Assembly (NCBI GenBank): GCA_963675745.2
Contig: CAXXWX010000027.1
Location: 32,001 to 96,000, forward strand
DNA: 64,000 nucleotides
DNA from: Phycisphaerae bacterium
GTDB taxonomy: Bacteria > Planctomycetota > Phycisphaerae > UBA1845 > Fen-1342
Reading direction: 5' to 3'
The position numbers and the translations under genes were made by a program. This document shows positions 49,905-59,411 of the stretch, in pieces. The notes below the pieces were generated by a model, which saw nothing but the letters and a program-made list of their open reading frames with translations, did not search any database and was not told where the DNA came from. The number at the start of each line of letters is the position of its first letter. The first letter of the stretch is position 1.

Positions 49905-51163
49905 GCATCCGCGTCGCGGCGGATCAGCACGGCAGTAAGGTCGTCGGATTGCGGGGCACCTTCGCAGAAGCGCAGAACTTGATTGTGCAACATCTGCGTC
50001 AGGTCCTCCAGCGGCAGTGTCGCGTTCTGCTGGATGAGTTCGATTACTCGCTCTTCGCCGAACAGCTCACCATCCGGCGCGGGGGCCTCAAAGAACCCAT
50101 CCGTCAACAGCACAAACATACCGCCCGGCGGCAGATCAAGCCGTACAGCCTCGAACTGCTCACCGGACAGGACCGCCAGCGGCAGGCCCGTTGATTCGCG
50201 CGACTCGACCTCCGCGCCGCGGAACACAAGCAACGGCGCCTGACCGGCCGACACGTAGTCGATCCGATGCTCGCGGGGATCGATGATGCCGACAAACGCC
50301 GTCACGAAACGCCCCTCGCTGATATCCTCTTCGAGCAGGTTGTTTACGCGCGAGGCCACTTCGCCGATATCAGCCGAGAGCGACAACAAGGCGCGCAGCA
50401 GCGAGCGACACTGCGCGATAACCAGTGCCGCACCGATGCCATGTCCGGTCGCGTCGGCAAAAAACACGGCGAGACGTCCATCATCCAGCGGGATAAAGTC
50501 GTAACAATCGCCGCCAGTCTCGTCGGCCGAGCGGTTCCAACCCGTGATCTGGTAGCCGGCAAGTTCGGGGTTGTGCTTGGGCAGGTAGGCCTGTTGGATA
50601 GTGCGCGCGATGTGCAGATCACGGCTCAGGCGCTGCTTCTCGGCGTATTCTTCGAGGAGTCGTCCGCGGTGCAGCGCGACACCCGCCTGGGCACCAAGCG
50701 TCTCCGCCAGGTCAACATCATCCGTGTCGAAGGCACCATCGTTCTTGTTCAGCGTCTGGAGGACGCCGATCAGCTCGCCCGCCAGGTTCTCCAACGGAAT
50801 GCTGAGGATGTTGCGTGTCTTGAAACCGGTGGTCTTGTCGACATCACGGTTGAAGCGCGGGTCGGCATACGCATCCGGAACGTTGACGATCTGGCGAGTC
50901 TGGGCCGCGGCACCGGCGATGCCGGCGGCGGCTGGAAAGCGAATCTCGTCCACGCCAGTGGCAACCTTCGACCATAGCTCGTCGGTCTGGGCGTCATACA
51001 GGAAGATCGACGCCCGCTCGCAGTCCAACACGTCACACGCGGCGCCAATAATCATGTTCAGAAGCACATCCAGGTCCATCGTCGCAGCCATACCGCGCGA
51101 TACGTCGAGGATGCGCTTCAGTTTCACGACCTGTCGGTCTTGTTGAGGCTGACTTACGCTCAT
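49874..51163 (-). CDS. GAF-PP2C (SpoIIE/RsbU-like) phosphatase
   Basis: GAF with DAYADPRFN...DKTTGFKTRNIL...LNK...F...D; GGDCYD, ADATGHG, LTDGF, SDDLT. Confidence 0.92.
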   Translation of the reverse strand: MSVSQPQQDRQVVKLKRILDVSRGMAATMDLDVLLNMIIGAACDVLDCERASIFLYDAQTDELWSKVATGVDEIRFPAAAGIAGAAAQTRQIVNVPDAYADPRFNRDVDKTTGFKTRNILSIPLENLAGELIGVLQTLNKNDGAFDTDDVDLAETLGAQAGVALHRGRLLEEYAEKQRLSRDLHIARTIQQAYLPKHNPELAGYQITGWNRSADETGGDCYDFIPLDDGRLAVFFADATGHGIGAALVIAQCRSLLRALLSLSADIGEVASRVNNLLEEDISEGRFVTAFVGIIDPREHRIDYVSAGQAPLLVFRGAEVESRESTGLPLAVLSGEQFEAVRLDLPPGGMFVLLTDGFFEAPAPDGELFGEERVIELIQQNATLPLEDLTQMLHNQVLRFCEGAPQSDDLTAVLIRRDADAGAPSLGVGD

Positions 51164-51727
51164 TGTCAGGCCTTGGCACAAGAGCGGCGACCCCGCATGT
51201 ACGGCGGAAGCGCGACGCCGCGCTAATGCACCGTTCAATCAGTTGGTGGGGACCAGTCCCGCATCATCAGTTGTCGGCGTTGCGGCCTTCCCAGCCCGGT
51301 TGGCCACCCGCCTCTCGATTCGCCGCCGTAGACTATTTGCCCGGACGCTTGAATGCAACGCGGCCATGCCAATGATTGGCGGACAGCACTGGGCTATCCG
51401 CCCGTGGCTCCAGTTGGCATGGGGCCGTCGCTCGGTTTTGCCGCATCGCGCCGGTGGACAATTGACCGTCTGATTTTCGTGCGGGCGGCACGATAACGTC
51501 CAGATAACTAATCTAGAATACAATCCGCCGGCGGTCAAATCTGCGATTATCGTTGACGCACGGCGGCGAGGTGTGTCCAATAGCACGAGCGGCAATGACG
51601 CGTTTCATGGACCAAATTGATCGGTTCATTGTCAGCCTGGCCGGCCGGTCAGCGCAGATGAGCCACTGGCCGGCAAGACTGTGACCCGACTCCTTTCCCT
51701 CCAGAGGCGGTGTCGTGGTTTAACCAG

Positions 51728-51757
51728 CAAGCCCCGTCCGCAGGCGGACGGGGCTTG
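51728..51757. terminator. Perfect 13-bp hairpin in a long intergenic region
   Basis: CAAGCCCCGTCCG-CAGG-CGGACGGGGCTTG; no clear U-tract. Confidence 0.45.
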
Positions 51758-51840
51758 TGCGTGCGCTGGCCGCCGCCGGGTAATACACTACACTCGTCGC
51801 GCACCACCGGCCGATGCGAGATGACAACAGGGAAGCAGCC

Positions 51841-53988
51841 GTGACGCATCACAAACCGACGGGATGGAATACGTGGGATTATCGCGGGTTCAACCGGCTG
51901 AGCCTGCTCGCGCGAGGCAAGCTCGTGGTGGCGCTCCACTACGCCATCTGGGATCAGACCGCGCCCCCACCAGCGCCCGACAGCCGACAAATCGGCCGCT
52001 TACACGAGACATTTCGCTGGGAGGATGTCACTCGACTCGGCCCGCACGCGCCGCTCGGGCTGCCGGCCGAGCTCGATTTCAATGTCGTCCAAACCCCCTT
52101 CCGCGCGTCAGCCTGGTGTGTGGATGGCACTCTGCACCTGCATGTAGAGCCCCGAGCGGATACCCACCTGCGTGTTGTGTTCCTGCTCGATGCGCCGCTT
52201 GGGGAGCATCTCGAGATCGCGAGCGAACATGAGGGGCGGTTCGCAAGATGCCGGATTACACTTGAGCACGCGCGCTGGCCCGCCGACTACTTCATCAAGA
52301 CGGCACAGCCGTACGCCATCGCGCCGGCCGGCTGGGGAGCAAAGATCACGGTCGCGCCCGCGGCACGCAAGCAGGACATGGCCGCTGACTTCGATGCCCC
52401 GGGCACGTTTGAGCGCCTGCGCGAGTGCGCGCTGACCGGGCGGGGCGCGCTGGATCAGGCCCCGCAAGCCATGACCGAAGCCGTCATGTGGAACACGCTG
52501 TTTGATTCACGCCGGCGGCTGGTGTCGTCGCCCGTGAGCCGCGACTGGTGTTCTGACTGGGACGGCGTGTTGGTGTTTTGCTGGGACACCTATCTGGTCG
52601 GCGCATTCACCTCGTATGCCTCCAACCGGCTGGCCCGGCTCAACTTCGAGGCGGTAAGCCGCGCGGTCGACGAAATCGGCCACGTACCCAACTACTTCAT
52701 GGCCCACGGAGCGGCCTCGCTCGACCGTTCCATGCCGCCCATCGGTTCGTACATGGTCCTGAAAACGCAGCGAGCGAACCCCGATCTGAAGTGGCTGGGC
52801 GGCGTATACAAACAACTACGCCGCTGGCATGGATACTGGCGGACGCACCGCGACGGCAACGGCAACGGTCTGTTCAGTTGGGGCTCCAACGCCGAACCGC
52901 AATATACCTTCAAGGAAATCGAGCCGTATAACGGGCCGCCCCAACACACGAAGCAGGCCGCGCAGTACGAGTCGGGGCTGGACAACTCACCGCTGTTTGA
53001 CGAAGCGGAGTTCAACCCGCAAACCGGGACGCTTGAGCTCGATGATGTGGCCCTGAGCAGCTACTACGCACTGGATTGCGAGTGCCTGGCGACCATCGCC
53101 GACTTGCTCGGGCGCGCCCGCGACGCCCGCGCGTTTCGCGATGAGCACGCCGCGGTCGCGGAGAGAATCAACGCGCTGCTCTGGGACGATGAGCACGGCA
53201 TCTACTGCAACCGTCATTGGGATGGTCGCCTGTCGAATCGTTGGGCCCCGACGTCGTTCTTCCCGCTGATTGCCGGCGTCGCACCGCAGGCACGCGCGGA
53301 ACGCATGGTGCGCGAACATCTGCTCAACGAACGCGAGTTCTGGGGCAAGTACGTCCTGCCGTCAATCTCCCGCAGCGACCCGGCGTATCACGATAATGAC
53401 TATTGGCGCGGGCGCATCTGGGGACCATTCAACTTCCTGACATGCGAAGGTCTGCGGCGATATCGCATGGACGAGATCGCCAGCGAGCTTTCAATGCGCA
53501 GCCTGGACATATTCATGGATAACTGGCGCCGCGACGGCGGTGTCTACGAGAACTACAATTCCGAAACCGGGGCCGGTGGCGACGTCTGGAACGCCGCCCG
53601 TCTGTACCATTGGGGCGGATTGCTGGCCTTTCTCGGCATGCAGGAGCTGATTGATGTCGAACCGACCGGCGGATTTCTGCGCGTCGGGTCGCTGAAGTTC
53701 CCGGCCGGCGGATTGAGCAATGTGCGTATCAGCGGAGACCGCTATGACGTCGATCTCGGCGACGGCGTCCAGGCCCGCCGCAATGGGAGAGCATGGCTCG
53801 ATTGCAACGCACGGGCCGTCGTCCGCGTTCCGCTGAGCGACAATCCGGCCGAACCGATCCAACTCGTGACGTCCAGACCGGGCCGGCTGCTGCTCGACGG
53901 CGAGAGCGTAGCGCGGCCGATCACGGTTAACTCCGGCGGCCCCAGACCGCCCGAGCGCGTCAACGGACAGATTCGCTATGAGTGGTAG
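51841..53988 (+). CDS. (alpha/alpha)6 glycoside hydrolase, GH63/MGH1/trehalase-like
   Basis: FCWDT; RSMPP; YESGLDNSP; LWDDEHGIY; YWRGRIWGPFN; VYENY; alternative start 51814. Confidence 0.85.
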   Translation: MTHHKPTGWNTWDYRGFNRLSLLARGKLVVALHYAIWDQTAPPPAPDSRQIGRLHETFRWEDVTRLGPHAPLGLPAELDFNVVQTPFRASAWCVDGTLHLHVEPRADTHLRVVFLLDAPLGEHLEIASEHEGRFARCRITLEHARWPADYFIKTAQPYAIAPAGWGAKITVAPAARKQDMAADFDAPGTFERLRECALTGRGALDQAPQAMTEAVMWNTLFDSRRRLVSSPVSRDWCSDWDGVLVFCWDTYLVGAFTSYASNRLARLNFEAVSRAVDEIGHVPNYFMAHGAASLDRSMPPIGSYMVLKTQRANPDLKWLGGVYKQLRRWHGYWRTHRDGNGNGLFSWGSNAEPQYTFKEIEPYNGPPQHTKQAAQYESGLDNSPLFDEAEFNPQTGTLELDDVALSSYYALDCECLATIADLLGRARDARAFRDEHAAVAERINALLWDDEHGIYCNRHWDGRLSNRWAPTSFFPLIAGVAPQARAERMVREHLLNEREFWGKYVLPSISRSDPAYHDNDYWRGRIWGPFNFLTCEGLRRYRMDEIASELSMRSLDIFMDNWRRDGGVYENYNSETGAGGDVWNAARLYHWGGLLAFLGMQELIDVEPTGGFLRVGSLKFPAGGLSNVRISGDRYDVDLGDGVQARRNGRAWLDCNARAVVRVPLSDNPAEPIQLVTSRPGRLLLDGESVARPITVNSGGPRPPERVNGQIRYEW

Positions 53989-54118
53989 CCGCGGGTAACC
54001 GGCTCACCGTGAGCGTTGGTAGTCGAAGGACAGTATGGCGGCCGCTGCCCAGCCGCCGAGATCCACCGTATCCGAACCGGCGGACCTCGTCGGCTGATCA
54101 GAGGCATGGCGCAGGGAC

Positions 54119-54149
54119 TTGACAGATTGGCGTGCAGGGTCGATATAAC
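54119..54149 (+). promoter_or_regulatory. Putative sigma70 promoter of the 3-gene membrane cluster
   Basis: Perfect TTGACA (54119-54124), then TATAAC (54144-54149); spacer is long (19 nt). Confidence 0.45.
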
Positions 54150-54181
54150 GCTTCATCGTGCGTAAACAACGGTCTCCAGTC

Positions 54182-55150
54182 ATGCGCGGACGTCTTGGCA
54201 CAAACGGGTCTGGAATCCTGATTGCTGTGGTTTGCGCCTGTGTCGCGCTTGCTCCATCACCGGCCCGCGCTGACAGCCCCCCCGCCACTGCCAATGACCC
54301 GACGGCAATGGCGACGCCCGACTCTCCAGCCGCTGCTGATCTGCCAGCGGATGCGGAGGAGACCACCAAGGCCTTTTGGCGGTGGCTTGTGCCGCGGATC
54401 GCCCTGCTCGCCATCATGACCGCCGTGCTGATCGGCATCTGGTTCGCTTATCGCGGCAAGACGCTGCCCATTCGCGACATCGCGGGGTTCCTCGCGCTCG
54501 ACGAGGCGGTTGAGCGCGCCACCGAGATGGGGCGGCCATCGCTGTTCACCTGCGGCGGCGCCTGCGATCTCAAACGCGTCCAACTCTTCGCGTCGATGCC
54601 GCTGCTGCGGCGCGTCGCCGAGCTCAGCGGTGAACTGGGCAACCGGTTGATCGTACCCGTGTGCTATCCGGAGACGATGTCCGTACACATCAACGCGCTC
54701 AAGGACGGCTATTCGCAGTCCGGCACAATCGAGATGTACCGCGCCGAGGATGTGCGGTTCTTTCCCGGCGGGCAATTCTTCTTCGCAATCGCATCAATGG
54801 GCTGGATGCTCGAGGAGAAACCCGCGACCTGCTTCTACTTCGGACATTGGGAGGCCGACTCGCTGCTGTTTGCTGAGACCGGCCAGACGATTAACGCGAT
54901 GCAAATCGCCGGCACCGACCAGCTTTACCAGATTCCCTTCTTTGTGGCATCGTGCGATTACACCATCATCGGCGAGGAATTCTGGGCAGGCACGGCGAAG
55001 ATCAGCGGGAACCCATACCTGCTCGGCAGTCTGGGAGCACAGGATGTATTCAAGCTGTGCGTTCTGGCATTCATCGTGATCGGATCGGCGTTATATGGCG
55101 TTCCGTGGATTGCGCGCGGACTTCAGTACGCGCAGGCCGTAATGAAATAA
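54182..55150 (+). CDS. Membrane protein, DUF6754-like
   Basis: Signal peptide (ARA), TM, then IR.IAG..ALDEAV.RATEMGRP and ADSLLFAETG...QIAGTD...QIPFFVASCDYTIIGEE, C-terminal TM; family assigned from recalled motifs; alternative GTG start at 54158. Confidence 0.7.
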   Translation: MRGRLGTNGSGILIAVVCACVALAPSPARADSPPATANDPTAMATPDSPAAADLPADAEETTKAFWRWLVPRIALLAIMTAVLIGIWFAYRGKTLPIRDIAGFLALDEAVERATEMGRPSLFTCGGACDLKRVQLFASMPLLRRVAELSGELGNRLIVPVCYPETMSVHINALKDGYSQSGTIEMYRAEDVRFFPGGQFFFAIASMGWMLEEKPATCFYFGHWEADSLLFAETGQTINAMQIAGTDQLYQIPFFVASCDYTIIGEEFWAGTAKISGNPYLLGSLGAQDVFKLCVLAFIVIGSALYGVPWIARGLQYAQAVMK

Positions 55151-55159
55151 GGTGGACGA

Positions 55160-56014
55160 ATGCGTTCACGATTGATCTGGCTGGCGATTTTTGTTGTCGC
55201 GGTCTTCTATCTCGGCGTGTACATCGTCGGGCACCAGACCGCCGCCGGCCAATACCTGCGCCTCGAGCACGCCGAGACCTCGCTCGCGCAGGCGATCAAT
55301 ATCGTCGCCACCATGGCCATCGGCCTGGGGATCATCAATCTCTTCCACGTTCACGGCAAGAATATCGCCGGTCGCAAGAAAGACTGGATGTTCTCCGTCG
55401 TGGTTTTCATAACGTTCTTCACGGTTGCCGGCTTTCTAGCCTGGGAGTCGCGCATCGACGCGACGGAGCGGGCGCTTGAGAGCCGCACCGCCGCCGCCGT
55501 CACCGAATACCGGCAGGCGTGTGAGATCGCCGACCCGGTTGAGCGTGATCGCGCCATCGGCGCTTTGCCGGCGTCGCAGATGAGTCTGGCACGAGAGTTT
55601 TACGAGCACCAGGCGGCCTATCACTTCCGCCCGCGCGAGTTCTACCTGACGAGCTTCATCAACCCCCTGGCTCAGACGGTCATGGGGCTGCTGGGGTTTT
55701 ACATTACGTACGCGGCGTATCGCGCGTTCCGGGTCCAATCGCTGGAAGCCTCAGTGATGATGGTCTCGGCCGCGATTGTGATACTGGGCAGCGACGCGAT
55801 CGGCGGCTGGTTCAGCGCCGTGTGCAACGGCGTATTCGGCGGAAACCCCATCGTCGATCTACCACGCTGGGCCGATCTCGACAACCGCGTGGCCAACTCG
55901 GGCATGCAGCGCGGACTGTGGATCGGCATCTCAATCGCGATCGTGGCGGTGAGCTTGCGCACACTGCTGGGCTTCGAGAAGGGCATGATTGAAGTTCGGC
56001 GGAGCGGAGATTGA
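55160..56014 (+). CDS. Uncharacterised multi-TM membrane protein
   Basis: About 5-6 TMs; NPLAQTVMGLLGFYITYAAYRAFRVQSLEA; QRGLWIGISIAIVAVSLRTLLGFE. Confidence 0.75.
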   Translation: MRSRLIWLAIFVVAVFYLGVYIVGHQTAAGQYLRLEHAETSLAQAINIVATMAIGLGIINLFHVHGKNIAGRKKDWMFSVVVFITFFTVAGFLAWESRIDATERALESRTAAAVTEYRQACEIADPVERDRAIGALPASQMSLAREFYEHQAAYHFRPREFYLTSFINPLAQTVMGLLGFYITYAAYRAFRVQSLEASVMMVSAAIVILGSDAIGGWFSAVCNGVFGGNPIVDLPRWADLDNRVANSGMQRGLWIGISIAIVAVSLRTLLGFEKGMIEVRRSGD

Positions 56015-57921
56015 GCGTGTTTCAGGTGATCCGCAAACTGCAGATGATCGACCGGCGCGTGGTCTATCTGTGCATTGCGGTCGTGCTGAGCCTGCCGTTT
56101 CTGGTGTCATACAGCCTGCCGATTTACCCCGACACGTACACGCGGCGCTACTTTGACCAGATCGAAACCATCGCCAACGACCCCGTCGAGCGTGAAAAAG
56201 TCGTGCTGGTGCTGCACAACTGGGGCCCGGGCACATCCGGCGAAAACGAGCCGCAATTCGACGTGATCATTCGTCACCTGCTGCGACGAGAGCTGAGATT
56301 CATCCTGCTCTGCTCCATAGCGGACCCGGTGTTTCACGACACGGCGATTGCGGCGTTTGAAAAGGCCAAAGCCGCGGAGATAAGTCGCGCGGCGCGGGCC
56401 GGCGAGAAACCCCCGAGTTGGGAATACGGGGTGCATTACCTCGATTTCGGCTACAAGAACGCGCCGGTGTTCGCCCCACTGGCGCGCACGATCATCGCCA
56501 GCCCGCGCGAGTTCTACCGACAGGACTACGTCAAACGCAAGGATCTGACCCAGGACAGCAGCTATCCGCTGCTCGAAAGATACCACGGTTTGGAGGACGT
56601 TTCGGCGGTTCTGGTGGTCTCCGCCGGGGACGAATCGAAGTACATCGCCGGCCGGGTGCGCGGGGATTATCCCAACCTGCTGATCGGCCCGGCCACGATG
56701 GGGATCGTCGCCAACGACCTGTACCCGTACGTGAAGTCCGGGCAGATGTTCGGGCTGCTCAACTCGGCACGCGCCGCCAGTGAGTATCGCAGCCTGCTCG
56801 ACCCCGAAGCGCGCAGCACAACCAACCTCGATAACTCGATGAGCGCGGGCAAAATGCTGCTGCTCGTGCTGGTGATCGTCGGGAATCTGGCCTACCTGGC
56901 CTCGCGGCGCGCCCGGCTCTCCACCCAAACGGCCGCGATCGAGCAACCGGCACGCGCCCCGCTGCCGCCCCTCCCGGCGTGGTTCATGTGGTCCCTGTTC
57001 GCACTCTTTGCGGTCGGGTTTGGCGGCATGATCGTCGTCGATTGTGCGCGCGGCTTGAACGATGGGAAGATTACGCGGAATCGCGTGGCGCGCGCTGATG
57101 ACGATCCCACGGTCGACTACCCGGTGTATGAACGAGTCGGTGTGGAGCGGCTAACTCGCGAAGCGCAGGCCGACGCCGACCTGGCTGGTGATCGCCTTGC
57201 CGCCGAGCTGGCTGCCGCACGCGCCGAAGCAACCATGGCGACGCTGATCGAACGGCGCATCGGCGAGTTCTTCATGGCCTTCTGCACGCTGGGCGTGTTC
57301 GCCTTTGTGCTCGGCGACAATCGCTTCTACCGATTCATCGAGGCGATTATCGTCGGCGGCGCCATGGCCTACCTGCTGGACCAGTGGGACAAGATCATCC
57401 AGCCGGACTGGATCGAGCCCATCTGGCACGGGATAACCGGGGCGGCTCACTGGACAAACATCTTCTGGGTGTTGCTGGCGCTGCCGGGCATCCTGTGGTA
57501 CTTCGCGTACTCGAAGAAACACCGTTGGCTCAACCAACTGATTGTTGCGGCCTTCCTCGGTGCCGCCATCGGCCCCGAGTTCGAGAACCAGATCAACCTC
57601 GTCGTGCCGCAAATCCTCGATTCGATCCAGCCAATCTGGCCTTGGGGACCGGACCCAATCACCGGGACCGACAGCTTTCGCCCCGAACGTGTCGAGCACC
57701 TCTGCTTTCTGATCGTCATGGTGCTGTCACTCACCTATTTCATCTTCTTCTTCCGCCCCAAGGGGCGGGCCGGTAATTCGGTGCTCGCCGCGGGCCGGTT
57801 GGCAATGATGGTCGGGTTTGGCGCGATGTTCGGAAACACGGTCAATACACGGCTATCCTGGCTCGCGCCGCGCTTCGCTTTCTTGTGGGATGACTGGCTG
57901 GGCAAGCTGGGCGGCGCCTAG
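56011..57921 (+). CDS. Uncharacterised membrane protein, apparent two-module fusion
   Basis: N-half IDRRVVY TM plus soluble alpha/beta domain (PYVKSGQMFGLL) plus TM; C-half multi-TM (TLGVFAF.LGDNRFYRFIE; GRLAMMVGFGAMFGNTVNTRLSWLAPRFAFL); TTGA overlap with the upstream gene. Confidence 0.75.
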   Translation: MSVFQVIRKLQMIDRRVVYLCIAVVLSLPFLVSYSLPIYPDTYTRRYFDQIETIANDPVEREKVVLVLHNWGPGTSGENEPQFDVIIRHLLRRELRFILLCSIADPVFHDTAIAAFEKAKAAEISRAARAGEKPPSWEYGVHYLDFGYKNAPVFAPLARTIIASPREFYRQDYVKRKDLTQDSSYPLLERYHGLEDVSAVLVVSAGDESKYIAGRVRGDYPNLLIGPATMGIVANDLYPYVKSGQMFGLLNSARAASEYRSLLDPEARSTTNLDNSMSAGKMLLLVLVIVGNLAYLASRRARLSTQTAAIEQPARAPLPPLPAWFMWSLFALFAVGFGGMIVVDCARGLNDGKITRNRVARADDDPTVDYPVYERVGVERLTREAQADADLAGDRLAAELAAARAEATMATLIERRIGEFFMAFCTLGVFAFVLGDNRFYRFIEAIIVGGAMAYLLDQWDKIIQPDWIEPIWHGITGAAHWTNIFWVLLALPGILWYFAYSKKHRWLNQLIVAAFLGAAIGPEFENQINLVVPQILDSIQPIWPWGPDPITGTDSFRPERVEHLCFLIVMVLSLTYFIFFFRPKGRAGNSVLAAGRLAMMVGFGAMFGNTVNTRLSWLAPRFAFLWDDWLGKLGGA

Positions 57922-58014
57922 GCAAAGCCCCGGCTTTCCACTGAACGCACTTGTCGCCACTACCGGCGGTTTCCCATACTTCACATACGCCGCGCCTGAT
58001 CGACAGACGCGGCG

Positions 58015-58479
58015 GTGTGGGTCAAAGGGAGCGTCAGCGTGCCAGGTAAACCATGCGAGTCAGTTGCCAATACGGCGGAGTTGGATGGGCTGAGTGCTGA
58101 GATTCTCGCACGATTACGCAGCACCAAAGGCCCCGCCCCCCTCACACGCCCCCGTTTCTGGCCACGCCATGGTTGGCGCGTGGGGTTGCGTATCCGGGTC
58201 GCCCCGATACGCGGCGTCAACCAGCACCTCATCCAGCAGTTGACTGTTGACACAATAGACATGAGCGCCGGAGGTCTTTCGTTTCGCACGCGGCACCCAC
58301 TGGTTACCGGACAACCGGTGGAAGTCGAGTTACCGGTCGCCGGTCACGTGGTCGTGGATGGCGTGGTGCGAAACTGCACGCGTGTGCGTCAAGACCAATA
58401 TCGTGTTGGCGTCGAATTCACCGAGGCTGCCAGCGACGCGCGCGTGGTGACCGCCGAATCCCCGGAATCCGCGAGGTAG
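58015..58479 (+). CDS. PilZ domain protein
   Basis: RxxxR (RFWPR), DxSxxG (DMSAGG), G.VR.C...YRVGVEF; start uncertain. Confidence 0.8.
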   Translation: MWVKGSVSVPGKPCESVANTAELDGLSAEILARLRSTKGPAPLTRPRFWPRHGWRVGLRIRVAPIRGVNQHLIQQLTVDTIDMSAGGLSFRTRHPLVTGQPVEVELPVAGHVVVDGVVRNCTRVRQDQYRVGVEFTEAASDARVVTAESPESAR

Positions 58480-58562
58480 GCTTGTCGGCGCACGAATTGC
58501 TTTGAACGCTATATACCGGGACAGATGGCCGCGATCGCGTGTAAACCGGAGGGTCTGATGCC

Positions 58563-58961
58563 ATGCCTGATTCAGTGGGCCCAGTACGCAATGACCGGCA
58601 CACGCAGGAGACCGATATGGCGCGTCTGCTGGAGGCGATGCGCGAGCGCATGGTCGGGGCGTACGCCCGCGACACCCGCGCGGACAAGCGTCACGCGTGG
58701 CGGGTCAAGGCGGTTGTCGAAACGCAGGAACACGGCCGCGACGGCCGCCCCTTGCGTCGCGCCGAGGCGCCGACGCTCGACATCAGTGAGCACGGCGTCG
58801 CCTACCATTCAGCCCGGCCAATCGCCAGCGGCACAACCATTTTCGTGACGCTGCCGCTGCCGGGTAAGCCGCGTATCGAGGGCATCGTGCGCCACTGCAC
58901 ACACGTGCGCGGCTCGACACACCATGTCGGCGTGGAGTTTGTGAACACCCCCGCCAGTTGA
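58563..58961 (+). CDS. PilZ domain protein
   Basis: RxxxR (RADKR), DxSxxG (DISEHG), GIVRHC...HHVGVEF. Confidence 0.85.
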   Translation: MPDSVGPVRNDRHTQETDMARLLEAMRERMVGAYARDTRADKRHAWRVKAVVETQEHGRDGRPLRRAEAPTLDISEHGVAYHSARPIASGTTIFVTLPLPGKPRIEGIVRHCTHVRGSTHHVGVEFVNTPAS

Positions 58962-58996
58962 TGCTTGGCGCGCTGCGGCCGGTTGCCGTTACGAAC

Positions 58997-59350
58997 CTAT
59001 GAGCGCCGGCGGTTACGCAGGATCCGTCTGGCACGCCGCCGAGCAGCCGCGCGTCGCTGCCGCTTGCGTGCCAGATGCTCGGCGCGTGCGGCGTCCAGTT
59101 GTTCGATGCGCAGCACCAGCCTCTCAATGTTGTCAGCCTCGCGCATGAACGCGGCCAACTCGGTTACGTCCAACCTCACCAGCGGGGTGATCAGTGGCTG
59201 AAACGCAAGCGTCGCGTGGGCGCCGAGCCCCGCCAGCGGCTTGTGGGCCTCGAGCAGGAACACGGCGGCGGTGCCCAGGCCGCGATGGACGATCCTGCGA
59301 GCCCAGGACTCGACAAGCTCGTCACGCCGTTCGTCACTCAGCTCAAACAC
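58997..59350 (-). CDS. Hypothetical protein
   Basis: 117-aa ORF, RRDELVESWARRIVHRGLGTAAVFLLEAHKPL, downstream of and co-oriented with 59412-60140. Confidence 0.7.
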   Translation of the reverse strand: MFELSDERRDELVESWARRIVHRGLGTAAVFLLEAHKPLAGLGAHATLAFQPLITPLVRLDVTELAAFMREADNIERLVLRIEQLDAARAEHLARKRQRRAAARRRARRILRNRRRS

Positions 59351-59411
59351 GCCGAAGGGCCAACCAACTCAATGCGCACAGCGCGAAGGTGAAGGCGCGC
59401 GGTTGTCACGG

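Noticed and set aside
51595..51684. 29-codon ORF MTRFMDQ...PARL as a leader peptide
   Set aside because: No RBS at proper spacing and no informative codon bias; cannot be supported
51665..51720. CTCTGGAG...GAAAGGAG on the - strand resembling a glycine riboswitch
   Set aside because: Remaining conserved elements (CTCTCAGG, tandem aptamer) are absent and there is no glycine-related gene
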